Assembly (NCBI GenBank): GCA_039028615.1
Contig: JBCCHT010000001.1
Coordinates: 352,001-416,000 of the forward strand
Reading direction: 5' to 3'
DNA length: 64,000 nt
Source of the DNA: Myxococcota bacterium
GTDB taxonomy: Bacteria; Myxococcota_A; Polyangia; Nannocystales; Nannocystaceae
Shown: positions 44,996 to 55,074 of the stretch, piece by piece
Numbering within the stretch: position 1 is the first letter of the stretch
Layout: each line of letters starts with the position of its first letter
Position numbers and translations under genes: made by a program
The notes under the pieces: generated by a model
What the model was told of the DNA's origin: nothing
What the model saw: only the letters and a program-made list of their open reading frames with translations
Database searches by the model: none

Positions 44996-47761
44996 ATGAT
45001 CGCCGCCGCGCTCGCCATCGGCGGGACGTCCAGCGCCGCCGCGGCCGAACTCGAGTTCGAGACCGGCCCGGCCGAGACTCAGGATGCGCCAGCCGAGGGC
45101 CTCGTCGCCCCCGTCCTGACCAACACCACGAGCCTCGACTATCCGCCCGAGCTGCTCGAGCAAGAGTCGCCGCCGGCCGGCGACGGGGTGGTCGAGCTGA
45201 CCGTCGGTACCGATGGCGTGCCCAAAGAGCTGAAGGTGGTGCGCGGAGTCGACCCCACGCTCGATGCCCTGGCGCTCGAGGCCGTAGGCCGCCTTCGCTA
45301 CACGCCCGCCACCTACAAGGGGCAGCCGGTCGAGGTCATCCAGCAGCTGACCATCCCCATCGCTCCGCCGCCGCCCGCCGAGCCGCCGCCCGCCGAGGAG
45401 CCCCCCGCTGAAGAGCCCGCGCCCGAGGAAGGCATCGACGAGCCCGAGCCCGCCGCCGAAGGCGACGTGGTCGAGGGCGAAGGCGAAGGTGAACAAGACC
45501 TCGATGCCCTCGAGGGTCCGGTGCGCATCTACGGCACCCTGCTCGAGGCTGGCCAGCGCACGCCGATCCAAGGCGCCCGCGTGGTGGCCGTGCCTGCGCC
45601 GCCCGACACCCCGGTCGGCGAGGTCAAGAAGACCAACTACGAGCAGCCCGGGGCGCCCGATTGGGAAGCCGGGACGCTGACCGACGAAGAGGGTCGCTTC
45701 GAGCTGCGTGGCATCGAGGGCGGCGGCAAGGTCCGCGTCATCGTGCTCGCGCAGGGCTACGACCGCATCGAGTTCGTCGAAGGCCTGGCCGCCGACCAGT
45801 CGATCTCGGTCAAGTACTTCGCGCCACGGCTCGAGACCAACCCCTACCGCACGGTGGTGGTCACCGAGGGCGCGGGCCGCGAAGAGGTCGCGCGCCGCAC
45901 CATCACCGCCGAAGAGATCAGCGTCCTGCCCGGCACCCAGGGCGACGCCCTCAAGGCGATCCAGAACTTCCCCGGCGTCGCCCGGGCGCCCTTCGGCATC
46001 GGCCTCCTGGCCATCCGCGGTACGGGCCCCAACGACTCGGCCGTGTACCTGGGGCACCACCAGATCCCCACCCTCTTCCACTTCGGCGGGCTCACCTCGG
46101 TCTTCAACAGCGACATCCTGTCGAAGATCGACTTCGTGCCCGGCAACTTCGATAGCCGCTACGGCGACGCCATCGGCGGCATCATCGACGTCACGCCGCG
46201 AGCGGGTCGCCGTGACGGCTACCACGGCTACATCGACTCCGACGTGTTCGACACCGGCGTGCTGGTGGAGGGCCCGGTGGGCAAGGGCTCGTTCGCGCTG
46301 TCCGGGCGGCGCTCGTACATCGACGTGCTGCTGCCGGCCTTCATCCCCGATGACGCCGGCCTCGACCTGACCATCGCGCCCCGCTACTACGACTACCAGG
46401 CGCTGTTCGACTACCCGATCGCGGGCGGCAACTTCACCTTCCGCGCCTTCGGGTCCGACGACCGCACCCGCGTGGTCGCGGCCGACCCCAACGAGGTCGA
46501 GCCCGACGACCGCGATGCCTTCGAGACCTCCCAGTTCTTCCACCGTGTCGACCTCGCCTACGAGAAGAAGGAAGGCCCCTGGCGCTTCCTCATCACCCCC
46601 TCGTACCGGCTCGAGTTCATCGAGTTCGGCATCGGCGAGTTCTTCAACTTCAACCTGCGTACCCACAACGTGTCGATGCGCTCCGAGGTCGAGCGCAAGA
46701 TCGGCAAGCGCAGCTCACTACGCGTGGGCACGGAGTACATCGGCGCATGGTTCGAGGTGGACGTGGAGGCCCCGCCCCTACCGACGGGCGACGGAGGCAG
46801 CGGAACCGGGGACATCACCTCGTCGATCGACGACGCCTTCGCCCTGCCCGCGGTCTACTCCACGCTCACCCTGGGCGTGACCGACAAGTTCACGCTCTTC
46901 CCCGGCGTGCGCCTCGGCTACTACACGCAGCCCGACCGCACGAGCTTCTTCGACCCGCGCATGAACTTCGCGTGGGACATCGCCGACAACACCACCATCA
47001 AGGGCGGCACTGGCCTGTACTCGCAGGCACCGCAGCCGGTGGAGACGAGCGAAGAGTTCGGCAACCCGGAGCTCGGCCTGCAGCGCGGCTGGCAGAACAG
47101 CCTCGGCGTCGCCCAGCAGTTCGACTACGGCATCAGCCTCGATGCCACCGGGTTCTTCAACTACATCTGGGATCAGCCCACCGCCTCCGAAAACCTCATC
47201 GTTCGCCAGGACGGCTCGGTGGGCCCGGAGCTGTTTGCCAACACCCAGACCGGGCGCGTCTACGGCCTCGAGCTGCTGCTGCGCAAGCAGCTCACCAATC
47301 GCTTCTTCGGATGGCTGGCCTACACGCTGTCGCGCAGCGAGCGGCGCCCGACCCCCTCCGAGGAGTACCGGGTCTTCGACTTCGACCAGACCCACATCCT
47401 CACCCTCATCGGGGTGGTCAAGCTCCCCAAGGGCTGGCAGGTGGGCGGGCGCTTCCGGCTCGTCTCGGGTAACCCCGATACGCCGGTCATCGGCGCCGTC
47501 TACGACAGCGCGGGCGACTTTTACCTACCGATCAACGGTACGACCAACTCCGACCGCTTCCCCGCCTTCCACCAGCTCGACGTTCGCGTCGACAAGAAGT
47601 GGACCTGGAAGCGGGCGAGCATGACGCTCTACTTGGACATCCAGAACCTCTACAATCGACAGAACACCGAGTTCTGGATCTACAGCTACGATTTCACCGA
47701 CCGCCGCCCCGTCGCCGGCCTCCCCATCATCCCCTCGCTGGGGACCAAGATCGAGTTCTAG
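44996..47761 (+). CDS. TonB-dependent receptor with N-terminal TonB-C domain (myxobacterial type)
   Basis: YPPE..LDALALEAV..YTPA; plug LPGTQGDALKAIQNFPGV; C-terminal F; start uncertain. Confidence 0.88.
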   Translation: MIAAALAIGGTSSAAAAELEFETGPAETQDAPAEGLVAPVLTNTTSLDYPPELLEQESPPAGDGVVELTVGTDGVPKELKVVRGVDPTLDALALEAVGRLRYTPATYKGQPVEVIQQLTIPIAPPPPAEPPPAEEPPAEEPAPEEGIDEPEPAAEGDVVEGEGEGEQDLDALEGPVRIYGTLLEAGQRTPIQGARVVAVPAPPDTPVGEVKKTNYEQPGAPDWEAGTLTDEEGRFELRGIEGGGKVRVIVLAQGYDRIEFVEGLAADQSISVKYFAPRLETNPYRTVVVTEGAGREEVARRTITAEEISVLPGTQGDALKAIQNFPGVARAPFGIGLLAIRGTGPNDSAVYLGHHQIPTLFHFGGLTSVFNSDILSKIDFVPGNFDSRYGDAIGGIIDVTPRAGRRDGYHGYIDSDVFDTGVLVEGPVGKGSFALSGRRSYIDVLLPAFIPDDAGLDLTIAPRYYDYQALFDYPIAGGNFTFRAFGSDDRTRVVAADPNEVEPDDRDAFETSQFFHRVDLAYEKKEGPWRFLITPSYRLEFIEFGIGEFFNFNLRTHNVSMRSEVERKIGKRSSLRVGTEYIGAWFEVDVEAPPLPTGDGGSGTGDITSSIDDAFALPAVYSTLTLGVTDKFTLFPGVRLGYYTQPDRTSFFDPRMNFAWDIADNTTIKGGTGLYSQAPQPVETSEEFGNPELGLQRGWQNSLGVAQQFDYGISLDATGFFNYIWDQPTASENLIVRQDGSVGPELFANTQTGRVYGLELLLRKQLTNRFFGWLAYTLSRSERRPTPSEEYRVFDFDQTHILTLIGVVKLPKGWQVGGRFRLVSGNPDTPVIGAVYDSAGDFYLPINGTTNSDRFPAFHQLDVRVDKKWTWKRASMTLYLDIQNLYNRQNTEFWIYSYDFTDRRPVAGLPIIPSLGTKIEF

Positions 47762-47765
47762 CGCC

Positions 47766-48932
47766 ATGCCGACCTCCCCTCGCCTCGCACTGCGATGTGC
47801 CCTGCCGCTGCTGGCCGGGTTGGGTTCGGCCTGCGCCATGGACCTGCCCATCTCCGAGCGCATCATCAACGAGCGCCCCTTGGCCATGCGGGTCGAGGTC
47901 GTCGACCCCTTCGCCGACCCCGATGCCGCCGTGCGGGCCGAGGCCCTGCCCGTCGAGAGCATCCGCGCGATTCCCTTCATCGTCGACGCCAGCGAGGTCC
48001 TCAGCCCCGAGCGCATCGAGAACGAGCTCGAGCCCGTCTGGCTCGCCTGCCCGCTCCAGCCGCTTCAGGGCATCTTCGCCTGCCTCAGCGCCCAGCTGCC
48101 GCTCACCCTCGACGAGATCGTCGAGTGCCCGCCGGTCGACTTCGCCGCGCTCGAGTCCGACGAGCCGCCGTCCATGCCCGCGCCGTGCCTCGTCACGGGA
48201 GGCACGCCGGCCGAGCCCTCGATGCAGGTGCCCATCGACTTCAACTTCTTCCTCGGTGGCGACATCGAGCTGACGATGATCGCCCACCGCCCCGATGCGG
48301 GCGACACCACACAGTGCGCCAACGACCTGCTCGGGCAGCGCGAGCTGTCGCCCGAGTGCATGTACGCGGTCCAGCGCGCTTCGATCGGACCGGACACGGC
48401 CATCCTGCGGCTCGCGGCCGAGAACGGGCTCGCCGACGAGGAGCTGCTGGGCACCATCCCGTCCGAGGACGAAGTCCCCGACGCCGACCGGCACCCGCGA
48501 ATCCAGACCTTCCGCGTGGTCATCACCGACGAAGTCGACGTGACCCGCGAAGACCTCGAGCGCGTGCTCTCCGAGGGAGAGTCGATCGAGGTCGCCCGAG
48601 GAGACACCGTGGCGGTGCGGGCGGGACAGACCCTGGTCATCGAGACGACGGCGCCCGAGGAGGACCTGCAGACGTATCTCATCCCGACGGACGACGATGC
48701 GTACGAGGAGCGGGACGAGGACTACTCCGGGGACTGGTACCGCACCTGGGGCACGCTGCTGTCCACGAGCAGCGACGACCCGGTCAGCTTCAACACCTGG
48801 ACGATGGTTCCGGGGGAGCAGGACGACTCGCTGACGGAGCTACCGCCCGAGGGGTTTGCGACGCTGTACTACGTGTTGGCGGATTCGCGGCAGGGTGTGG
48901 ACTGGTGGTGGTTCAACGTGCAGGTACAGTAG
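47766..48932 (+). CDS. Lipoprotein cotranscribed with the TBDR
   Basis: LGSAC lipobox; C-terminal DSRQGVDW. Confidence 0.75.
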   Translation: MPTSPRLALRCALPLLAGLGSACAMDLPISERIINERPLAMRVEVVDPFADPDAAVRAEALPVESIRAIPFIVDASEVLSPERIENELEPVWLACPLQPLQGIFACLSAQLPLTLDEIVECPPVDFAALESDEPPSMPAPCLVTGGTPAEPSMQVPIDFNFFLGGDIELTMIAHRPDAGDTTQCANDLLGQRELSPECMYAVQRASIGPDTAILRLAAENGLADEELLGTIPSEDEVPDADRHPRIQTFRVVITDEVDVTREDLERVLSEGESIEVARGDTVAVRAGQTLVIETTAPEEDLQTYLIPTDDDAYEERDEDYSGDWYRTWGTLLSTSSDDPVSFNTWTMVPGEQDDSLTELPPEGFATLYYVLADSRQGVDWWWFNVQVQ

Positions 48933-48935
48933 CGG

Positions 48936-49868
48936 GGTGAGGGTCGTATGAGTTGGTTCGTTGGCTGGCTTGCGTGGAGCTAGGGTGGCAAATGTTCGAG
49001 CAGGCGGCTTGCCTGTTTAACGGATGGAACCCTCCCCGGACGTGCTCGGCGGCCGTTAGAGCCGAGTGGTTCGCGTCGGCTGTCGGCGGCCGCCTCCGCG
49101 CGACCGGGCCCCCTCCATCCTACGCGGCTTCGCTTCAGCCCTCCCCGTGGCACCAGCTTCCGGGCGAACAGCCGTTGGGTATTGCGCCTGCGTCCGTAGG
49201 AGATGAGTTCCGTGGTCAGCGTTTGGGTGTCGTCGATGCAGGGAGCACGTTCACGCGGAGGCTCGTTGAGACTTCTTTTCTCTTCGAGTCAAAGACACCG
49301 AATCTCGAGAACGAACTCTCCCCGATGAACAAGAAATACCCGACGACTGCCCGCTCGGACGTCTGAGCCAAGTCGCAGATCAGCCAGCAGTCCCTTCCGA
49401 CACCAATGCAGAACCCGGCCACCGCCCGATCGGAAATCGAAGGCATTAGCAGGCCAGCCCCCGTTCGAAGATCCAGCAGCCCTACCCGGGCACTCCCCCT
49501 CGACACCAAAACGCAGAACCCGGCCGCTGTTCGCCCGGAAGTCTGAGCCAAGTCGCAGGCGACCCCCCATTCGAAGATCCAGCCGCCCTACCTCCAAGCA
49601 GTCCCTTCCAACGCCAATGCAGGACCCAACCACTGCTCGCCCGGAAGCTGGTGCCACGGGGAGGGCTGAAGCGAAGCCGCGTAGGATGGAGGGGGCCCGG
49701 TCGCGCGGAGGCGGTCGCCGCCAGCCGACGCGAACCACTCGGCTCCAACGGCCGCCGAGCACGTCCGGGGAGGGTTCCATCCGTTAAACAGGCAAGCCGC
49801 CTGCTCGAACATTCGCCACCCTAGCTCCAAGCAAGCCAGCCAACGAACCAACTCATACGGCCCTCACC
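48936..49868. mobile_element. MITE-like element or paired repeat with ~245-bp terminal inverted repeats
   Basis: 48936-~49180 is a near-identical reverse complement of ~49624-49868; internal modular direct repeats; no transposase. Confidence 0.6.
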
Positions 49869-50466
49869 GACGCCGCAAAAACGCGAAATCACGATCCATG
49901 ACCGTCTTACGCCCATCCGCCCGAGCATTGTCGACCGCCTGGCGGCACACATCACGAAGATGGTCCGACAACACCCCGAAGACTCCATCGGACGTGTTGA
50001 CCCCATAACGCTCGCGCACGTGGCTCTTGAAGCGAGAGACCACCACGAGGACTTCGTCGGACTTGGGGTCGTCGACGGCGGGTTTGGGGGCCGAACCCAC
50101 GCGGATGCGTCGGCGGGGAGCCGACGGGTCGCGCTCCTTGGCGCGTGGGCTGGCCGACATCGCGGAGACCTCGGCCGTTGGTCGCTGGGCGGGCTTGCGT
50201 GCGGGCGCTTGCGCCTGCGCCGGCGACTGTGCGTGCTTGGGGGACGTCTCTTCGACGGCCCAGGCCTCGCGGTGGCGCATCATCGGCAGGTGCTCCTCCC
50301 AGCAAGCCACCGAGCAAAAGCGATACGTGGTGCGCTTGCGGTTGCAGGTCGAAACGCTGCACACGTAGAACGTCGAAGCAAAGGCGATGGGGCCGCGGCA
50401 GGTGCTACATCGCTTCCAGGTGTTCTTCTCGTCGATCGAGCTTCCCGTGCTCGCCATCGACTTCAT
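49864..50466 (-). CDS. Bacterial histone-fold protein with N-terminal ZZ-like zinc finger
   Basis: C-terminal EVLVVVSRFK..NTSD..VLS..AVDNARADGRKTVMDRDF; N-terminal CSTC..CSVSTC..FCSVACWEEH..H. Confidence 0.85.
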   Translation of the reverse strand: MKSMASTGSSIDEKNTWKRCSTCRGPIAFASTFYVCSVSTCNRKRTTYRFCSVACWEEHLPMMRHREAWAVEETSPKHAQSPAQAQAPARKPAQRPTAEVSAMSASPRAKERDPSAPRRRIRVGSAPKPAVDDPKSDEVLVVVSRFKSHVRERYGVNTSDGVFGVLSDHLRDVCRQAVDNARADGRKTVMDRDFAFLRRR

Positions 50467-50564
50467 GGTAGCGCGCCCAACGTCATCGGCGACGGAAATT
50501 CGCCTGAAGTCAGCGCCAATACGACCCGCGGACCGGCCTCCGTCGGCGTCGCCGGCTCGTTGGC

Positions 50565-50861
50565 CTACTCTTCGGCGCCGTCGTCGACGCAGGCCTCGGC
50601 GGCGCGGGCCGTCATCTCTTCGCGCGCCTGCGGGCTGCACTCGCCCACGAACTTGCCCTCGGGACCGTAGTCCTCGCAGGTGAACTCGAGCCAGCACTCG
50701 CCGGACTCGAGCACCTCGTCCTGGTTGCGGGAGTCGAAAACCTCGGGCTGCCAGTGGCCCAGGGCCTGGGGAGCCGCCTGATCGGCGATCGCCCGCGGGG
50801 CCTGGACGCCGGACGTCGACAGGAGCAGCACGGTGAACGCATGGAGCAGTGAGAAGGTCAT
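50565..50861 (-). CDS. Small secreted protein
   Basis: Signal peptide, 4 Cys. Confidence 0.55.
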   Translation of the reverse strand: MTFSLLHAFTVLLLSTSGVQAPRAIADQAAPQALGHWQPEVFDSRNQDEVLESGECWLEFTCEDYGPEGKFVGECSPQAREEMTARAAEACVDDGAEE

Positions 50862-51202
50862 GGTCGGAGATCCGCCGTCGAGGTGGGCGCGGAACCTACT
50901 CACCTCGATCGATGGAATCAAGACGTGTTCGCTGCCTCGATCGGGGGTCGAACGATGACATCCCGCACGAGCCTAGATGGCTACAACTGTCGCCACAGGG
51001 CCGTTTACGGACAATTCGATGCACTTCGGTAACGCCGGCCACGAACTTCGGCGCGACCAAGAGGAACGCGGGCAACGGGGTCGAAACGGGCGCCCAAAAA
51101 TGAGCAAGGCGGCTCGAAGTCGAGCCGCCTTCCGCGATCCCGAGGCGATCGCCTCAGGGCCGGAGCGAGGGCACATGGCCTCGCTCCCCTTCAACAGCCC
51201 GC

Positions 51203-52531
51203 TTACTTGCCGGCCGCCGCCTCGAGCTTGCGCTCCCGCCGACTCTTGGTCTTCTTGTTCCACGAGGCGGGGTCGGGCAGTAGATCGCCCTGGAAGCGGA
51301 AGCCGAGCACGATGTAGGGCACGGCCGCGCTGACGTCCTGGCCGCTACGGAAGCGGTGCTTGGCCCACCACTGCAGCAGCAGGATGAGGGTGGGCTTGTT
51401 GAAGCGCTTATCGGGGCGATCGAAGAAGGTGTAGAGCAACGCCGGACCCACACGATGGGTGGGCCCGTTCGGGCGCGACACGGGCTCCGTCGGCTGGAAG
51501 TGGCGCCCCTGGTAGAAGGCGTGGGTCAGCGTGTAGCGAACACCGAGCGTGAGGCCGAAGTCCAGCAGGTAGAGCAGGTCGGCGTCGTTGGTGAGCGTCC
51601 AGCCTCGGTTCGGCTGCGGCAAGTCGAGGGTCTGGTGGTAGTAGACCGTGTCGCCGTCGCGCAGGTCGAAGTCCGCCCAGTAGAACTTGAGGTTGTCGCG
51701 GACGGCGATGTTCTTGACCTTGGCCTGCAGCAGCGCGGACAGGGTCACGAAGTGGCCGGTGGTCGAGTAGTTGACCTCGTCGGGGTCGGTGGAGTCCGCA
51801 CGACGATTGAGTTCGGTGTCCGACCAGTCGTCGGTGGGGCTGCTGAACGACTGCATCAGGCCGAACGACGAGAAGTAGCCGGTGAAGTCGTAGGTGGCCG
51901 ACAGGTTGAGAATGGCCAGCGGCTGGAAGTCGATCTTGGGGCCGATGCGAGCGTAGGCCGGCGTGCCGTAGGTATGCAGCTGCACCGCGATGAAGCTGTC
52001 GTTGAACAGGGCCGAGTCCTTGTCGATCAGCTGGTAGCGGTAGCCGGTGGTGAATTCGTTGACGAGACCCAGGGGGTTGTACCGAGCGGCGGTGAGGTTG
52101 CTGTAGATCCAACGATGGCGCGGGCGCGGGCCGGGGGCTTCCGGCTCCGGCTCCTCGAGCACCTCCTCCGTTTGCACGGGCACGGCGACCGCTTCGGGCT
52201 CCGGCTCCGGCTCGGGTTCGGGCTCCGGCTCGGCTGCTTCCACGGGCGCAGGCTCGGCGGGCGGGTCGTCTTCGCTCCTGACGGGCAGGCCGCCCTCGGG
52301 CGGCTCTTCACCCGCCGGGGCCTCTGCGCCGCCTTCGGCTGGAACTTCGGCGGCCGCGGGTTCGTCCGCCGTCGGCGGGGCCGGGGTATCACCCGTTGCC
52401 TCGGCCGCGGGTTCCTCGGGTGCAAACCCGGAGACCTCGGCTCGAGCCGACCCGGAGGCGAGCCCCACGGCCACCATCAACGAACCAGAAACGATGAATG
52501 AGCTGACCTTCGAGCCTCGACGCGCCGTCAT
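51203..52531 (-). CDS. Putative outer-membrane beta-barrel protein
   Basis: Signal peptide, Pro/Glu linker, amphipathic aromatic strands (IVLGFRFQG). Confidence 0.65.
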   Translation of the reverse strand: MTARRGSKVSSFIVSGSLMVAVGLASGSARAEVSGFAPEEPAAEATGDTPAPPTADEPAAAEVPAEGGAEAPAGEEPPEGGLPVRSEDDPPAEPAPVEAAEPEPEPEPEPEPEAVAVPVQTEEVLEEPEPEAPGPRPRHRWIYSNLTAARYNPLGLVNEFTTGYRYQLIDKDSALFNDSFIAVQLHTYGTPAYARIGPKIDFQPLAILNLSATYDFTGYFSSFGLMQSFSSPTDDWSDTELNRRADSTDPDEVNYSTTGHFVTLSALLQAKVKNIAVRDNLKFYWADFDLRDGDTVYYHQTLDLPQPNRGWTLTNDADLLYLLDFGLTLGVRYTLTHAFYQGRHFQPTEPVSRPNGPTHRVGPALLYTFFDRPDKRFNKPTLILLLQWWAKHRFRSGQDVSAAVPYIVLGFRFQGDLLPDPASWNKKTKSRRERKLEAAAGK

Positions 52532-52576
52532 TGTGTTCGAGCACGATACACCGGGCTTCCGCGCGAGGGCCACCAC

Positions 52577-53368
52577 TTATTCGGTGACACCCACGCGGCG
52601 ACCGTACATGCGGAGGGCATGGGTCCCGATCGCGGTCGCTCGCATCTCGTCGACCAGCGAACGTAGCTCGGCAGACAGAAGGTTCAGCTCGGGCAAGACG
52701 GCACCGTAGCCTTCGTTCCGAGACGGTATGATGGCCGGAGCGAGCATGCACGCGGTGCTGAGGTCGGCTGCGGTAAAGCGATCGCCTACGAGATAGCGTC
52801 GGGAGCCCAGGTGCTCGTCGAGTCGGGCGATCTCCTCGCGGATGACCTGCATCGAGGATTCGACCCGACGCGGGTCGATGCGCAAGACGAGCTTGAGCGC
52901 CGCGGTGAGCAGAGGCCGCAGTACGCGAAACAAAGTGGCCTGGATCCGGCCGACGTTGTCGCGAGCCATGGCCACCATGAGATCGGAGCGCTGCAGTAAG
53001 TGAAAATACGCCACCCGTCGTGCATGCGGGCCGATGCGCTCGCTGACCCGCCGCTCGATCTCCACGATTTCCGCCTCGTGCTCGGGGGGATAGAGCGTGG
53101 TCTCGGCGGTGGAGAAGCGGTCGTCGAGGTAGCGCACGATGAGCGCCGAGTCGCGCAGGTGCTCCCCGTCGTCGGTGATGAGGATCGGGGTCGAGAACCG
53201 GGTGGACGCGCGATCGGCCCGCCCCCCGCCGAGCCCCACCGCCCGGATGACCCCGGGGACGTGGAACATCGGCATGTAGCCCGACTCGCGAAACTCGACG
53301 CCGAAGTGCTGCAGTGCCCAGCGAGCGCGATCGTTGTAGTGCGAAAAAGCGATGGTGACCAAATGCAT
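52577..53368 (-). CDS. Glutathione S-transferase family protein
   Basis: FSHYNDRARWAL, TPIL, DSALIVRYLD, YLVGDRFTAADL. Confidence 0.88.
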   Translation of the reverse strand: MHLVTIAFSHYNDRARWALQHFGVEFRESGYMPMFHVPGVIRAVGLGGGRADRASTRFSTPILITDDGEHLRDSALIVRYLDDRFSTAETTLYPPEHEAEIVEIERRVSERIGPHARRVAYFHLLQRSDLMVAMARDNVGRIQATLFRVLRPLLTAALKLVLRIDPRRVESSMQVIREEIARLDEHLGSRRYLVGDRFTAADLSTACMLAPAIIPSRNEGYGAVLPELNLLSAELRSLVDEMRATAIGTHALRMYGRRVGVTE

Positions 53369-53432
53369 CGGGGCGCGGAGCAAGCATGCGCCGCGCCCCC
53401 GGATGGCGCCACCCCGACGGAGCGAGCAACGA

Positions 53433-55046
53433 TCAGTCGGTGGGCCAGGGCTCGGGCGCGGGTGAGGGCGGAGGCACGGCCGCGCCGCGATTGATGAGGT
53501 TCTGGCCGAACATCTTCACGTAGCGCAGGTCGTCCTCGATGTCGGCGTCCTCGTTTTCGAGCAGCCACGCCTCGACGTTGTCCTCGATGATGTACAGCAG
53601 GTTGAGCGCCGCCGCGTCGTCGCCCACCTCGGCCCGCTCGGACGCGATGCGAAAGCCCATGTAGATGTTCAACGCCACGAAGGCCTTCTCCGTGCCCTCG
53701 GTCTCGAACACCCCCTGCTCGGGGGTCTCGCCCGGCTCGAGCTCGGAGATGACCTCGACCTGCTGGAAGACCTCCTCGTCGGTGCCGGGGACCGAGTACC
53801 GGATCGAGACCCGGCCCACCGAGCCCTCGCCCTGGCCTCCACCGCCGCTGGGCATCAGCTCGGCGATGATGGCCCCGCCGCCGCCGCGCCGGCCTCCGGC
53901 GTTGTCGCTGGTGCTCTCGCGGTGAGCGATGTGCAGGCTGGGAATCTCCATATGCGCCGAGGACAGCCCCACCGTGGCCAGCTTGGTGCCATAGAGCCCG
54001 CGCAGCTCGTAGCCCGCGCCCAGCTCGAGGTCGATCTCCACCTCGCTGGCGAGCGGCAAGAGCACGGCGTTGGCCTCTTCGACGAACACCTCCTCGACCG
54101 CGGCGTCGTCCTCGATGAAGTAAAACGCCCCGCCGCCGCGCTCCGAAAGCCCACGCATCAGCGCGGGATCGAAGTGCAGCCCCATGCCCACCGTCGACAA
54201 GCCGATCCCCTCGATGGCATGAGCCGAGCTCATCTCGAGCAAGCGAGCATCGTTGACGAGGCCGGTCGTCGCCTGCCCGTCCGACAGCAACATGACCCGG
54301 TTTTGCAGCTCGGGATCGGCGTGATCCTGCACGACTTCATACGCGGTGCGGAGCCCGTCGTAGATGTTGGTGGAGCCCTCGGCCTCGAGCGACGCGATGG
54401 CCAGCTGAAGCTCGGCCGAGTCCCCGGCCACCGCCTCGGCCATGACCGTCGCGCCGTCGGCAAAGGCCACGATGCTCACCCGGTCTTCGGGGCGTAGCTC
54501 GTCGGACATGCGGCGCAGGCCCTCTTGCACGTGACGCATGGGCTGGCCCGCCATCGAGCCGCTGGCATCGACCGCGATCGCCAGGTTGAGCGGCGGCCGG
54601 TCGATCTCCGCCGGATCGAGCGGCGTGTTCATGCCCAGCAATACCAGCGTGCAGTTGGAGCCGCTGATCATGTTGCCCATCACGCCCAGGGTTCCGTGCA
54701 CGCACAGGTCGTCGCCGCAGTCGGGCGCCCCGAAGCCGATCTTGTGCTCGTTGAAGAACCCGACGTCGTCGAGGGTCTCGGGCCCGGGGATGTCCCCTCG
54801 CTCGAGGATGGCGCGGAACTGGCCGAAGTCCTGGGCTCCGCCCTGCCCCACGCCGGGGCCGACGGGCGGAGCTCCACCGTCTCCATCGTCGCCGTCGCCT
54901 TCGCCGGGCGCGTCCATGTCCCAGCCGCCATCGGAGGCACCGGGGTCGCCCGCCGCTCCGCTCGAGTCGCCACAGGCTGGGGTGAGGGCCAAGCACGCGG
55001 CCATGGCCAGGCCGCGCGTCCACTGCTCGGAAAATGCAATCTTCAT
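53433..55046 (-). CDS. vWA-domain lipoprotein
   Basis: LTPAC; PLNLAIAVDASGSM, GSTNI, LLSDG. Confidence 0.88.
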   Translation of the reverse strand: MKIAFSEQWTRGLAMAACLALTPACGDSSGAAGDPGASDGGWDMDAPGEGDGDDGDGGAPPVGPGVGQGGAQDFGQFRAILERGDIPGPETLDDVGFFNEHKIGFGAPDCGDDLCVHGTLGVMGNMISGSNCTLVLLGMNTPLDPAEIDRPPLNLAIAVDASGSMAGQPMRHVQEGLRRMSDELRPEDRVSIVAFADGATVMAEAVAGDSAELQLAIASLEAEGSTNIYDGLRTAYEVVQDHADPELQNRVMLLSDGQATTGLVNDARLLEMSSAHAIEGIGLSTVGMGLHFDPALMRGLSERGGGAFYFIEDDAAVEEVFVEEANAVLLPLASEVEIDLELGAGYELRGLYGTKLATVGLSSAHMEIPSLHIAHRESTSDNAGGRRGGGGAIIAELMPSGGGGQGEGSVGRVSIRYSVPGTDEEVFQQVEVISELEPGETPEQGVFETEGTEKAFVALNIYMGFRIASERAEVGDDAAALNLLYIIEDNVEAWLLENEDADIEDDLRYVKMFGQNLINRGAAVPPPSPAPEPWPTD

Positions 55047-55074
55047 CGGTTCGTCTCCACGTAAGTCAGTCGGT

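Noticed and set aside
43760..46666. Long alternative ORFs (e.g. 968 aa here; also 3147-5462, 15002-17242, 23323-25737, 57755-60148)
   Set aside because: Antisense or off-frame shadows of well-supported genes, typical of high-GC DNA
49340..49630. Internal repeats as a CRISPR array
   Set aside because: Only 2-3 irregular, shuffled copies; no constant repeat-spacer period and no cas genes
48953..49851. Two similar ORFs (MVRWLAC...) on opposite strands
   Set aside because: By-products of the inverted repeat; no RBS or coding signature
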